Source: an uncultured delta proteobacterium (GTDB lineage: Bacteria > Desulfobacterota > Desulfobulbia > Desulfobulbales > SURF-16). Taken from it: 64,000 nt of DNA. The stretch covers positions 12,362-76,361 of the forward strand of contig CAVSQR010000056.1 in the NCBI GenBank assembly GCA_963729825.1. Direction: 5' to 3'. Of the stretch, positions 27,495 to 37,336 are shown in pieces. The position numbers and the translations under genes were made by a program. Position 1 is the first letter of the stretch; every line of letters begins with the position of its first letter. The notes below the pieces were generated by a model. It saw nothing but the letters and a program-made list of their open reading frames with translations. It did no database searches and was not told where the DNA came from.

Positions 27495-28256
27495 TTATTC
27501 TTTTGGCGCAATCTCGGCAAAATTATGCAGCTCCACGACCGTTCCCCTTCTTGGGGGCATGGCCTCATCCAGCAAAAAACCCTGCACAAGCTTATTTGCC
27601 TCAAAGACAATCGAGCCGCTGGACAGCACCAGACCGTTTCCCTGCTGCAGCAGCCTGGCATTGACCATAACCTGTCCATCACTGATGGTATAGGTCCCCA
27701 CCACCACGGCCTGGGCCTCCTGCACATAACTGAGCTGTTCCATGTCTCTGGACATACCGTACTCGCCATAGCCTTCCACGATCTGCACGGCCGGCGTCAT
27801 CCGCACGTCAACCACCTCAATGCCCGCCCGCTGAAATTCGCTGATCATCTGCTCGCCCATGGCCCGGCCCAGACCCGAGGTCTTATAGAGATGATTCAGA
27901 TTGACAAAGGTGGTGACAATAACCCGGTACTGATCGCTTATGGGTTCCCGGGCATGGTCGATCAGCTGCTGGGCCAGCTCCCGTACTTTGAGTTTCAATT
28001 CCATGGCCAGTTCAGCCTGGACCGGCAGTTTTTTTCTCATAAAGACATTCTGCAGGTCCGGCCACCAGGTTGACGTCTCTTCCTTTGGGGTGAAAACTCT
28101 GCCGGTGCGATACACATAATCAGCCGGGACTCTATGGGGATAGTCGTAGCCGTATCCCGTGGTCGTCGAGTACTCATTACCGGCAGCGGCATTGCCTGCT
28201 GCGCCAAGGGCAATAAAACCGAACACCATAGCCATAACACTGGATGCGTATCTCAT
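27495..28256 (-). CDS. Secreted FlgO-family-like protein
   Basis: I prefer the start MRYASSVMAMVFGFIALGAAGNAAA (ATG 28256). The body contains VIVTTFVNLNHLYKTSGLGRAMGEQMISEFQRAGIEVVDVR...VVVGTYTISDGQVMVNARLL. Confidence 0.6.
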   Translation of the reverse strand: MRYASSVMAMVFGFIALGAAGNAAAGNEYSTTTGYGYDYPHRVPADYVYRTGRVFTPKEETSTWWPDLQNVFMRKKLPVQAELAMELKLKVRELAQQLIDHAREPISDQYRVIVTTFVNLNHLYKTSGLGRAMGEQMISEFQRAGIEVVDVRMTPAVQIVEGYGEYGMSRDMEQLSYVQEAQAVVVGTYTISDGQVMVNARLLQQGNGLVLSSGSIVFEANKLVQGFLLDEAMPPRRGTVVELHNFAEIAPKE

Positions 28257-28311
28257 TTTCCGCCTCAATTTTTTTTTGCCATCATCCCATCTGCCAGGCA
28301 GCAACCATGCT

Positions 28312-28557
28312 TCACTGTTCAGATTGATAGTCAGCATATTCATCGCTGCTGTTCTGCCAATAGGCGGGAGAGGATGTGTCTTCCCGATCCCCCTGGTAGC
28401 GGCGCAGTTCCGCAGGATAAACCACCTGCACATAGTCTGCTTTTTCTTTTTGGGCCAGATAGGAATCAATTTCCGCGTTGACCCGCGAACTCATTTCCGT
28501 CACAGCGGAGCAGCCGGTAAGGCAAACCAGACACAAGCCGATCACCATTATTTTCAT
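28312..28557 (-). CDS. Small lipoprotein (81 aa)
   Basis: The lipobox is MKIMVIGLCLVCLTGC. It is the first gene of the minus-strand lipoprotein operon. Confidence 0.6.
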   Translation of the reverse strand: MKIMVIGLCLVCLTGCSAVTEMSSRVNAEIDSYLAQKEKADYVQVVYPAELRRYQGDREDTSSPAYWQNSSDEYADYQSEQ

Positions 28558-29112
28558 TTCCTAATCCCCGTCAGCCAAAAAAATGATCATAAAGTCAGTT
28601 ATCCAACATCTGCCACACAGGCAATTGTCCCAGGGTGGCAAAAAAATCATTTCCCCTGCCGCCACCGGGAAAAAATTACCTACCGGCAAGCCCTTGGCAC
28701 CTGGGAAAATCTCTATGCGCTATTTCCTTGGAGCGTAGCTCCATTGCCCAGAAAGCAACCTGCAGACAGAAAAATTTTTCCGTCCTTTTTCTCTATCCCC
28801 AGCAAATTCAATGAACCAATATTGCATTTCCCGTGCCTCTGGCCACTCATCCTGGCAGATGAATTGCTTGTTCGCCAACAGAAAACCCGCCTTCCCCAGA
28901 AAAATATCCCTGCAAGCGGAATATTCTCAGGAAGGAACGTAACCCCCTTTTATTGCAGGTTCCAGAGGGGAGCCGCAACCAGCGAGTCATCCCGGATTAT
29001 TGCCTTCCCGGCCGCCACTGCAATTAAAAATTCTTGCCAAAAGGGAGAAAGAGATTATATTTAACAGGTTTAAATTATAAGAATCAGCAAACTTACAAGG
29101 AGACGCTGTTTA

Positions 29113-29391
29113 ATGGCACGTATAACCGTAGAAGATTGCTTGGAGCAGATAGGTAATGAAAATCGCTTTATGTTGATTCACCTTGCTGTTGCCAGGGTCA
29201 AACAGCACCGTAACGGGCAACCGTTTCTTATCAAAGGGAAAAACAAGGAAGTGGTTATGTCCCTACGGGAAATCGCCGCCGGCAGGATCACTTTTGAAAA
29301 TATTAAAAATTTCAACAAAGCTCCTGAAAAAAAGACTGTCGCCGACGCAACAGCGCCACTGAAGTTGTTTCATAACATTCGGCAAGAATGA
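29113..29391 (+). CDS. rpoZ: DNA-directed RNA polymerase subunit omega
   Basis: The sequence is [31 protein letters not shown]...[14 protein letters not shown]. Confidence 0.9.
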   Translation: MARITVEDCLEQIGNENRFMLIHLAVARVKQHRNGQPFLIKGKNKEVVMSLREIAAGRITFENIKNFNKAPEKKTVADATAPLKLFHNIRQE

Positions 29392-29454
29392 GTAACAAAC
29401 TCCAATCCGTACAGATAATTTATTTGAGCTGAGCCCCAGGAAAAATCGTAGCCG

Positions 29455-30573
29455 ATGGACAAAGATTACTACAACATTCTTGGTGTCGCCAGAACCGCCA
29501 CAGCGGATGAGATAAAAAAGGCTTACCGCAAGCTTGCCATGCAATATCATCCTGACAGGAATCCGGGCGACCAGGAGGCAGAAGAAAAATTCAAAGTGGC
29601 GGCTGAAGCGTATGAGGTGTTGCGGGATATCGAAAAACGTAAGATTTACGACAGATATGGCGCAGAAGGCTTACGCAACAGTGGTTACAGCGGCCCCGGC
29701 AATTTTGAGGATATTTTTTCAAGCTTTGGCGACATTTTCGGAGACCTGTTCGGCTTCAGCGGCGCCGGCAACCGTCGGCGCAGCCAGGGACCGATACCCG
29801 GTAATGACCTGCGCTATGATTTAACCGTTTCCTTCCTTGATGCGGTTCACGGCGTGGAAAAAGAGATTGAAATCAACAAGCGTGACACCTGCTGGACCTG
29901 CGAAGGAAGCGGGATACGGCCGGGCCACAAAAATAAGACCTGCGCTTACTGTCAGGGCGCAGGGCAGGTAACCAGATCACAGGGCTTTTTCAGCATCCGC
30001 ACCCCTTGTCCGGAATGCCAGGGCCAGGGTGAAATCATTACCGATCCCTGCAATGAATGTCACGGCGCCGGTCTGATCACCAAGAAGAAGAAGGTTTCGC
30101 TGAAAATTCCGGCCGGGGTGGATACCGGGGCCAGAATGCGATTGCGGGGGGAAGGCGAGGGAGGACGCAAAGGCGGCCCAAGCGGTGACCTTTACGTGAT
30201 TATCCATGTTGAGTCCCACAATTTTTTCCAGCGCGACGGAGATCTCATCTATTGCGAGCTGCCGCTGTCCATGACCCAGGCGGCCCTGGGATGTAAACTG
30301 GATGTGCCGACCATCCATGGGGAAAAAAATCTGAAAATTCCCAAGGGAACCCAGCCAGGCCAGACCTTCCGCCTGCCCGGCGAAGGAGTGCCGAGTTTAC
30401 GCGGCCAGGGTAAAGGTGATATGGTAGTTGAGGTCAAGGTGGTTATTCCAAAGAAACTGAGCAAGCGGCAGGAAGAACTCCTGCAGGAATTCGTCAGCCT
30501 GGAATCAGCCGATGACGAACACCACAGTGAAGGATTTTTCAAAAAACTTTTTTCAGGCAACCTGGGAGCATGA
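29455..30573 (+). CDS. dnaJ: Molecular chaperone DnaJ
   Basis: The J domain is [36 protein letters not shown] region follows, then four CxxCxGxG zinc motifs. Confidence 0.95.
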   Translation: MDKDYYNILGVARTATADEIKKAYRKLAMQYHPDRNPGDQEAEEKFKVAAEAYEVLRDIEKRKIYDRYGAEGLRNSGYSGPGNFEDIFSSFGDIFGDLFGFSGAGNRRRSQGPIPGNDLRYDLTVSFLDAVHGVEKEIEINKRDTCWTCEGSGIRPGHKNKTCAYCQGAGQVTRSQGFFSIRTPCPECQGQGEIITDPCNECHGAGLITKKKKVSLKIPAGVDTGARMRLRGEGEGGRKGGPSGDLYVIIHVESHNFFQRDGDLIYCELPLSMTQAALGCKLDVPTIHGEKNLKIPKGTQPGQTFRLPGEGVPSLRGQGKGDMVVEVKVVIPKKLSKRQEELLQEFVSLESADDEHHSEGFFKKLFSGNLGA

Positions 30574-31088
30574 ACTCTCCGGAAATGGAAAAAATGGCGC
30601 AGACAAAAGAGTTCAGCCACTTTGACCAGGCGGGAAAAGCCAGAATGGTCGATGTCAGCCAGAAAAGCGACACGGTCCGGCAGGCCGTGGCCGGCGGTGT
30701 CATCCATATGTCGCCGGAGTGCCTGCAACTGGTAAGCAACGCCTCCATTGCCAAGGGAGATGTGTTGGGAGTGGCGCGACTGGCCGGCATCATGGCAGCG
30801 AAAAAGGTGGATGAACTCATTCCGCTTACCCATCCGCTGCCCATCACCAAAGCGGACATCGATTTCAGCCTGGATGCGGAAAAAAGCTGTATAGAGATAA
30901 CTGCTACCGTGGGAATGACCGGCAAAACCGGCGTGGAGATGGAAGCGCTTACCGCCGTATCCATAGCTGCTTTAACAATATATGACATGTGCAAGGCAGT
31001 GGATAAGGGCATGGTGATAGACCACATCAGGCTCTTATCCAAATCAGGTGGGAAAAGCGGCACTTACGTCCGCAATGACCTGAAATAA
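30570..31088 (+). CDS. moaC: Cyclic pyranopterin monophosphate synthase
   Basis: The motifs [29 protein letters not shown] and [27 protein letters not shown] are present. An ATGA overlap links it to dnaJ. Confidence 0.9.
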   Translation: MNSPEMEKMAQTKEFSHFDQAGKARMVDVSQKSDTVRQAVAGGVIHMSPECLQLVSNASIAKGDVLGVARLAGIMAAKKVDELIPLTHPLPITKADIDFSLDAEKSCIEITATVGMTGKTGVEMEALTAVSIAALTIYDMCKAVDKGMVIDHIRLLSKSGGKSGTYVRNDLK

Positions 31089-31145
31089 ATCAGTAAATTT
31101 CTGCAACACGGGAAAGCAACGCTGAATCATGTGGAGATCTAAGCG

Positions 31146-31508
31146 ATGACAGACGAACAACTGGCGTATTTTAAATTGAAATTACAGCATATGAGCGAAG
31201 AGCTCTTGTCTGAAGCCAATAGAACGATTACGGAAATGACAGACAGCAGCGGCAATTATCCTGATCCCACGGACAGGGCCACCGCCGAGTCCGACCGCAA
31301 TTTCGAACTTCGCATCCGCGACCGCGAACGCAAGCTGCTGGCCAAGGTCAAGGAAGCGCTTGAGCGGATTGAAAACGATGCATATGGCGTCTGCGAGGAT
31401 TGCGGAGAAGATATCGGCGTTGCCCGGCTTGAGGCCCGTCCTGTCACCACCCTCTGCATCCAGTGCAAGACAAAACAGGAAGATTATGAAAAGGCAAAGT
31501 CCAGTTAA
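31146..31508 (+). CDS. dksA: DksA/TraR-family C4 zinc-finger RNA polymerase-binding protein
   Basis: The zinc finger is CEDCGEDIGVARLEARPVTTLCIQCK, and an N-terminal coiled coil is present. Confidence 0.85.
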   Translation: MTDEQLAYFKLKLQHMSEELLSEANRTITEMTDSSGNYPDPTDRATAESDRNFELRIRDRERKLLAKVKEALERIENDAYGVCEDCGEDIGVARLEARPVTTLCIQCKTKQEDYEKAKSS

Positions 31509-31554
31509 TCTGCCGCCGATGCACAAAGATTCCCCTCTTACAATAGACTAAGCC

Positions 31555-32554
31555 ATGCCCGAACTAAGAAAAGACCCTATCCTCGGCCGCTGGATTATTA
31601 TTGCCAAGGAACGGGGAAAGCGCCCGACAGACTTTATTGTTGAACATAGTGTCAGCAAAGGGGGATTTTGTCCGCTTTGCCCTGGCAATGAAAAGACCAC
31701 GCCGCCGGAGGTTCTCAGCTACGGCGACATCAACCATCAGCCCAACACCCCGGGCTGGACGTTGCGGGTGGTGCCGAATAAATACCCGGCCCTGATCATT
31801 GAGGGCGAGCTGAACAAGGAAGGGGAAGGCCTGTACGACAAAATGAACGGCATCGGCGCCCATGAAGTCATCATCGAATCGCCGAACCATGACGAAGCCT
31901 TTTCCGATCTTCCCCAGCACAGAATGCTTGATGTCTTTCTCGCTTTCCGTGACCGCATCATCGATCTCGGCCGCGACCCCCGCTTCAAGTATGTCATGGT
32001 CTTCAAAAATTTCGGCAAAGCGGCGGGCGCCTCCCTGGAGCATTCCCATTCCCAGCTGATTGCCCTGCCCATCGTGCCGGGGCAGAATCGTCTCGGAAAT
32101 GTCCGGCAGCCTCTCCTATTACAAGTACAAGGAGCGCTGTGTCTACTGCGACATGATCCACCAGGAAATCAAAACGGAAGACAGGGTCGTCTGCCAGAAC
32201 GATTATTTTCTCGCCATCGCCCCCTATGCCCCTCGTTCTCCTTTTGAAATGTGGATTCTGCCCAAAAGGCACGCCTCGTCCTTCATCAGTCAGGACCACA
32301 CCTCTTTCCAGGCCCTGGCGGCAATTTTTTCGGAAAGCATGCGGCGATTGAATGCCTGTATTCCCAATGTCCCTTACAATTTTGTCCTGCATGCCTCACC
32401 TTTGCGCTCCGAACCGTTGGAATATTTTCACTGGCATTTTGAGATCATGCCCAAATTGACCCAGATTGCCGGTTTTGAATGGGGATCAGGTTTTTATATT
32501 AATCCGACCCCGCCCGAGGATGCCGCGAAATTCCTTAAGGAAGCGAAAGTGTGA
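31555..32554 (+). CDS. galT: Galactose-1-phosphate uridylyltransferase (HIT superfamily), frameshifted at G4 32079-32082
   Basis: The motifs CPLCPGNE, VVPNKYPAL and SLEHSHSQLIALPIVP are present. The protein continues in ORF 32060..32554 as RIVSEMSGSLSYYKYKERCVYCDMI. Confidence 0.8.
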
Positions 32555-32579
32555 TTGAACTTTATAAAACAGGTGGCTC

Positions 32580-32930
32580 ATGAAAAAGATATTACTCGTT
32601 GACGATGAAGAAAGCATCCATCTGCTCTACCGGGAGGAACTCGAAGAAGAAGGCTATGAAGTGCACTCCGCTCTTTCCGGCGAAGAGGCCCTGGAAAAAC
32701 TGCATATTATAGAACCGGATCTCGTCATACTTGACATCAACATGCCGGGCATGAACGGCATTGATGTGCTGCGCCGCATGAAGGAAATCAACCAGGCCAT
32801 GCCGGTTATTCTCAGCTCCGCCTACCAGGAATTCAAACAGGATCTCGCCTCATGGGCCTCGGATGACTACATTGTCAAATCATCCAATCTGGACGAACTA
32901 AAAAGCGCCGTCCGTAAATATCTGTCCTGA
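32580..32930 (+). CDS. Single-domain response regulator (CheY-like receiver)
   Basis: The sequence is MKKILLVDDEESI...DLVILDINMPGMNGIDVLRRMKE...VILSSAY, with the acidic pocket and the phospho-acceptor Asp present. Confidence 0.85.
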   Translation: MKKILLVDDEESIHLLYREELEEEGYEVHSALSGEEALEKLHIIEPDLVILDINMPGMNGIDVLRRMKEINQAMPVILSSAYQEFKQDLASWASDDYIVKSSNLDELKSAVRKYLS

Positions 32931-32953
32931 GCAACCGGTGGCAGCAACCCGCA

Positions 32954-33727
32954 ATGAAGGACATCCAGAGCCTGCGCGATCACCGGCGTATCAACATCAA
33001 AAAAGTCGGGGTCAAGGATATTTCCTACCCGATCTCCGTGCTTGACCGCGCCAACAAGGTGCAGCGGACCGTGGCCAGGGTGAATATGTACGTCAACCTG
33101 CCCCACCAGTTCAAGGGCACCCACATGAGCCGCTTCATCGAGATTCTCAACCACTTCCACGGCGACATCAATCTGCGTAGTTTCCGGCTCATTCTGGAAG
33201 AGACAAAAACAAAACTGCAGGCCGAGGCAGCACATATGGAAATTGAATTTCCCTTTTTCCTCAAAAAAAAATCGCCGGCGGCCAACAAGATGGAACTGGC
33301 TGAATACCTTTGTAAAATGCACGGTTCACTTGACCGGACAGATGACCTTACCCTGGAAATCGCCGTGCCCATCTCTCCGCCGGCGCCGGTGCAGACCAGC
33401 TCCGGCCTGCCCGAATCCCTTGGTCACTGGGGAGTGGCCAATATCTGTCTCCGCTTTAAGCGTTTCATCTGGATGGAAGAGCTGATTGAAATGGTCGAAG
33501 CCGTAACCACCCATGACCTGCAGTGGTCCGCCGCATCAGTCAAACCTCCCAACCGTACCCTCTCCGTGGAAAAAATTGCCAAGGATCTGGCCGTCAAACT
33601 TGCCGGCCATCCTGACATCAGCTGGTGTTCCATCACCGTTGAGAATCTCTCCCAAGGCTTCAGCACCTTTGCCACCATTGAATGGCCGGAAGAGGACATG
33701 AACTCCAATCACAACCGCATACATTAA
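32954..33727 (+). CDS. folE2: GTP cyclohydrolase FolE2/MptA family
   Basis: The sequence contains INIKKVGVKDISYPISV...VNLPHQFKGTHMSRFIEIL; the protein is 257 aa. Confidence 0.8.
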   Translation: MKDIQSLRDHRRINIKKVGVKDISYPISVLDRANKVQRTVARVNMYVNLPHQFKGTHMSRFIEILNHFHGDINLRSFRLILEETKTKLQAEAAHMEIEFPFFLKKKSPAANKMELAEYLCKMHGSLDRTDDLTLEIAVPISPPAPVQTSSGLPESLGHWGVANICLRFKRFIWMEELIEMVEAVTTHDLQWSAASVKPPNRTLSVEKIAKDLAVKLAGHPDISWCSITVENLSQGFSTFATIEWPEEDMNSNHNRIH

Positions 33728-33740
33728 AATAGTAAATCCT

Positions 33741-35822
33741 ATGAATCACGAATTTTTACTGGAAATCGGCACGGAAGAAATACCGGCAGGCTACATTGAG
33801 CCGGCCCTGGATTTCATGAAGTCAACCATGGGCAGAAAACTGCAGGAACTGTCTCTCTCCTTTGACGCCATCACCGCCGCCGCCACGCCGCGCCGGCTGA
33901 CTCTCTGCGTCCAGGGGCTCAGCGCCTGCCAGCCCGACCGCAGAGAAGAGGTGCTCGGCCCCCCGAAAAAAGCGGCTTTTGACAGTGACAACAAGCCCAC
34001 CAAGGCCGCTATCGGCTTTGCCAAATCACGCGGGGCGGCCCTGGAGGACATCCGGATTGCCAGTACGGCCAAAGGTGAATACCTGATGCTGGTCCAGGAG
34101 CACAAAGGCGAGCAGACAGCTGAGATTCTTTCCCGCCTGCTGCCGGAGTTCATTCTCTCCATCCCCTTTCCCAAGTCCATGCGCTGGGGCGTTTTCCGGG
34201 TCAGTTTTGCCCGGCCCATCCAGTGGCTGCTCGCCCTGTTTGCCGGCAAGGTGGTTGACTTTGCCATCAATGATCTCTCCTCCGGCAACACCACCCGCGG
34301 CCATCGCTTCATGGCGCCCCAGGTCGTGCCGGTCAAAGATTTTGCCGATTACCTGGACGTGCTGCGCAAGCATTATGTTTTTGCCGACATGGAAGAGCGG
34401 CGCGGCATGGTGAAAAGCGAGGTGGTCCTGGCAGCCTCCGCGGCCGGGGGTGAAATCGTTGCCGACAGCGGCCTGCTCGACACGATCACCAATCTGGTGG
34501 AGCTTCCCGTGGGGGTCAAAGGCAGTTTTGACGACAAATTTCTGGCCCTGCCCCGGGAGGTGCTCATCACCTCCATGCGGGTACACCAGAAATATTTCAC
34601 CGTGGCAGACCAGAGCGGGAACCTGATGCCCAACTTCGTGGCCGTGAACAACACGAAAATCGAAGATACGGCCATGGCGGCCGCAGGTCATGAAAGGGTG
34701 TTGCGCGCCCGGCTGGAGGATGCGCTTTTTTTCTTCAAGGAGGACAAGCAGCGCAGTCTGGAAGGTTGCCTGCAGGATCTGTCCGGGGTCGTTTTCCAGG
34801 CCCAGCTCGGCTCCATGCTGGAAAAAACCGAGCGGCTGGAAAAACTGACCGCCTTTCTGTGCCAGCAAATCGCACCAAACCTGCTCGCTACCGCCGTACG
34901 TGCCGCCCGGCTGGCCAAAGCGGACCTGGTGACGAACATGGTGGGCGAATTCCCCACCCTGCAGGGGGTGATGGGTAAATATTACGCGCTGCATGAAGGG
35001 GAAACCGCAGAGGTTGCCGAGGCCATTCAGGATCATTACCTGCCGGTCAGGGCAGACAGCGCCCTGCCGGAAAATATCCCCGGCGCCCTGGTCAGCATCG
35101 CCGACCGGCTGGACACCATCGCCGGCTGTTTCGGCATCGGCAAGATTCCCACCGGCACCACCGATCCCTACGGACTGCGGCGTCATGCCCTGGCTTTGCT
35201 GCATATTATCGCCGACCGCTCATTCCCCCTGTCCCTGTCCGAATGCATCAGTGAAGCGCTTGGCCTTTACGGTGACAGGCTGACCGAGGACCGGCAGAAG
35301 ACCGCCAAGGCCATGCTTGACTTCATCAGGGGACGCTACACGAATGATCTCATCGCCAAAGGCTTGGCCCAGGAGGCGGTTGAGGCCGTGCTTTCCACCT
35401 CCTTTGATGATATCGTTGACTGCCGGAGACGGATCGATGCGCTGATCAGCATCAGCTCACGGGAAACCTTCACCCTGCTGGCCGGTGCCTTCAAACGGGT
35501 CATTAATATCATTAAAGATCACGCCGATTATGAAGTCTCTTCCACCCTCCTGCAGGAAGAGGCGGAAAAGAGACTGTACGGGGTATACCTTGAGGTGCGG
35601 GACCAGGTGGAGCCGCTGGTCAGGGGAAAAGACTACGGCCAGGCCCTGGAGAAAATTCTGGAGATGAAAGAGCCGGTTGACGCCTTTTTCGACACCGTCA
35701 TGGTGATGAGCGAGGATGCCCGGCTCAGAAAAAACCGGCTGTCGCTGCTGGCCGCCATTGCCCAACTCTTTCTGCGCATCGGCGACTTCTCCAAAATGTA
35801 TACCCTGACGGGTAATGAGTAA
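33741..35822 (+). CDS. glyS: Glycine--tRNA ligase beta subunit
   Basis: The N-terminus is MNHEFLLEIGTEEIPAGYIEPAL, and the motifs HQKYFTV and DPYGLRR are present; the protein is 693 aa. Confidence 0.95.
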   Translation: MNHEFLLEIGTEEIPAGYIEPALDFMKSTMGRKLQELSLSFDAITAAATPRRLTLCVQGLSACQPDRREEVLGPPKKAAFDSDNKPTKAAIGFAKSRGAALEDIRIASTAKGEYLMLVQEHKGEQTAEILSRLLPEFILSIPFPKSMRWGVFRVSFARPIQWLLALFAGKVVDFAINDLSSGNTTRGHRFMAPQVVPVKDFADYLDVLRKHYVFADMEERRGMVKSEVVLAASAAGGEIVADSGLLDTITNLVELPVGVKGSFDDKFLALPREVLITSMRVHQKYFTVADQSGNLMPNFVAVNNTKIEDTAMAAAGHERVLRARLEDALFFFKEDKQRSLEGCLQDLSGVVFQAQLGSMLEKTERLEKLTAFLCQQIAPNLLATAVRAARLAKADLVTNMVGEFPTLQGVMGKYYALHEGETAEVAEAIQDHYLPVRADSALPENIPGALVSIADRLDTIAGCFGIGKIPTGTTDPYGLRRHALALLHIIADRSFPLSLSECISEALGLYGDRLTEDRQKTAKAMLDFIRGRYTNDLIAKGLAQEAVEAVLSTSFDDIVDCRRRIDALISISSRETFTLLAGAFKRVINIIKDHADYEVSSTLLQEEAEKRLYGVYLEVRDQVEPLVRGKDYGQALEKILEMKEPVDAFFDTVMVMSEDARLRKNRLSLLAAIAQLFLRIGDFSKMYTLTGNE

Positions 35823-35833
35823 AACTTTGCCGC

Positions 35834-37153
35834 TCAGGCCGCGACATAAAAACTTCGCACATCATCCAGGGCATTTTCATAGAAAAGGGGCAGGTGGTCA
35901 TAAACGTTTTTGATGCGGCCTGCCAGCCTGATCACCTCCTGCCAGTCTCCCCTTTCATAGGCCTTGACGAGCTTGAGAATACCAGCATACTGGGTTGTCT
36001 CCTCGCCAATCAATGTGGCAACGATGTCGTGGGTCAGGCTGAGTTGCCGTAAAACGTTTTCCATGGGCTGGTCAAGCAAAACATCCAGCAGAGAAAACAT
36101 GCCCACGGTATAGCAGGTCAGGGTAAAATCCCGCCCCTTGCCCATCGTCTCGCCGATCTGTTCACAGAACCTGGCCCGCAGCAGGGTCAGGCGCAGCAGC
36201 TCCTGGGGCTTATCATCGGCCATATAGGAGAGCATCATCAGGCTGAGCCATTTGCGCAGAGTCAGTTCGCCGATCAGGGCCACCGCGCTCTGCAGCGAAG
36301 TCACCTCCATTCTCCGGCGCATGGCGGCAGAGTTGACGTAGCGCAGCAGCTTATAGGAAAGCGATACGTCGCGGGCAATAAATTCCGCAATCTTTTTAAA
36401 GCTGTAATTTTCATCCTGGAGGACGCGGATGATCTTCAGATACTGCAATTTTGAGCCGGGAATATCCCTGCCCTGGACGATTTTGGGTTTACTGAAAAAA
36501 TAGCCCTGGAAAAAAGAAAAGCCCATGCCCTTTAAGACATCAAATTCCTCAATCGTTTCAACCTTTTCAGCCAGCAGCTTGACGTTGTAGGGGGCAACCT
36601 GCTGCAGATTACGGCTTAATTCGTCCACGGTCATGGCCTGGACATCAAATTTGATGATGTGGGCCAATTCAACCAGCGGCAGAAATTCCTCGGTAAAAAC
36701 AAAATCATCCAGGGCAAGAATATAACCCTTTGCCACCAGATTTCTGCAGGCATTGATAACTTCCGGGGTTACTTCCACATTTTCCAGTACCTCGGCGACG
36801 GTAATTCGCGGCGGAAACAGCGCAGGATACTCTTTGACGAGCATATCCCCGGTGAAATTGATAAAGGCCTTTCTCCCCTGCGTGATTTTGCTGATGCCGA
36901 TCAGGGAGAAGGTATTGGTGATGACCCTGGAGGTTGCCTGCTCGCCGTCCTGGCCTTCATCGAAAAAATTATCAAGCCCTGACCGGAACAGAAGTTCATA
37001 GCCGAATACCCTGCCATTGCGACGGAATATCGGCTGCCTGGCAATGAAAATCCTGCCTCCTCTATCAGGCGGCTCATCGGCGGTCACAGACATAACCCTC
37101 ATCGCAATATCATCCATTAGTTGATTATAGGCCAGGCGTATTCGGAACGTCAA
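35834..37153 (-). CDS. EAL-domain plus HDOD-domain protein (c-di-GMP related)
   Basis: The EAL N-terminus is FIARQPIFRRNGRVFGYELLFRSG. The C-terminal HDOD-like region contains LLRYVNSAAMRR. The start codon is uncertain. Confidence 0.75.
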   Translation of the reverse strand: MTFRIRLAYNQLMDDIAMRVMSVTADEPPDRGGRIFIARQPIFRRNGRVFGYELLFRSGLDNFFDEGQDGEQATSRVITNTFSLIGISKITQGRKAFINFTGDMLVKEYPALFPPRITVAEVLENVEVTPEVINACRNLVAKGYILALDDFVFTEEFLPLVELAHIIKFDVQAMTVDELSRNLQQVAPYNVKLLAEKVETIEEFDVLKGMGFSFFQGYFFSKPKIVQGRDIPGSKLQYLKIIRVLQDENYSFKKIAEFIARDVSLSYKLLRYVNSAAMRRRMEVTSLQSAVALIGELTLRKWLSLMMLSYMADDKPQELLRLTLLRARFCEQIGETMGKGRDFTLTCYTVGMFSLLDVLLDQPMENVLRQLSLTHDIVATLIGEETTQYAGILKLVKAYERGDWQEVIRLAGRIKNVYDHLPLFYENALDDVRSFYVAA

Positions 37154-37336
37154 GGAGCTTCAGGAAAGCATCCCGCCCACTGCCAAAAAATTCGCAGACC
37201 TTTATCCCGACCTGATCTCTCCCTTTCCCCCGTCTAACCAATATAAACGTTTTCATGATAAAATTATAGAGTTTAGCTTTATTTTCAGACATACTGTAAA
37301 CATCACAGGTGTGCATGAAAAAAGGATGGTCACGAC

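Noticed and set aside
27022-27769. ORFs 27022..27381 and the long form 27095..27769 as separate genes.
   Set aside because: ORF 27022..27381 is in another frame with an Arg/Trp/Pro-rich composition. The 5' two-thirds of 27095..27769 overlaps the upstream FlgO-like gene. Only the 27095..27475 portion, with a ribosome-binding site and a signal peptide, is credible.
28853-28868. The sigma-54-like motif TGGCAG-N5-TTGCT as the promoter of rpoZ.
   Set aside because: A housekeeping rpoZ is not expected to be sigma-54 dependent. The site is about 245 nt from the start codon, and single-site matches of this quality occur by chance. It is kept only as a note within the finding on the intergenic gap.
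28159-29064. The 301-aa plus-strand ORF that spans the lipoprotein genes and the rpoZ upstream gap.
   Set aside because: It overlaps two real minus-strand genes in antisense, has no Shine-Dalgarno sequence and has a low-complexity, improbable sequence. I treated it as non-coding.
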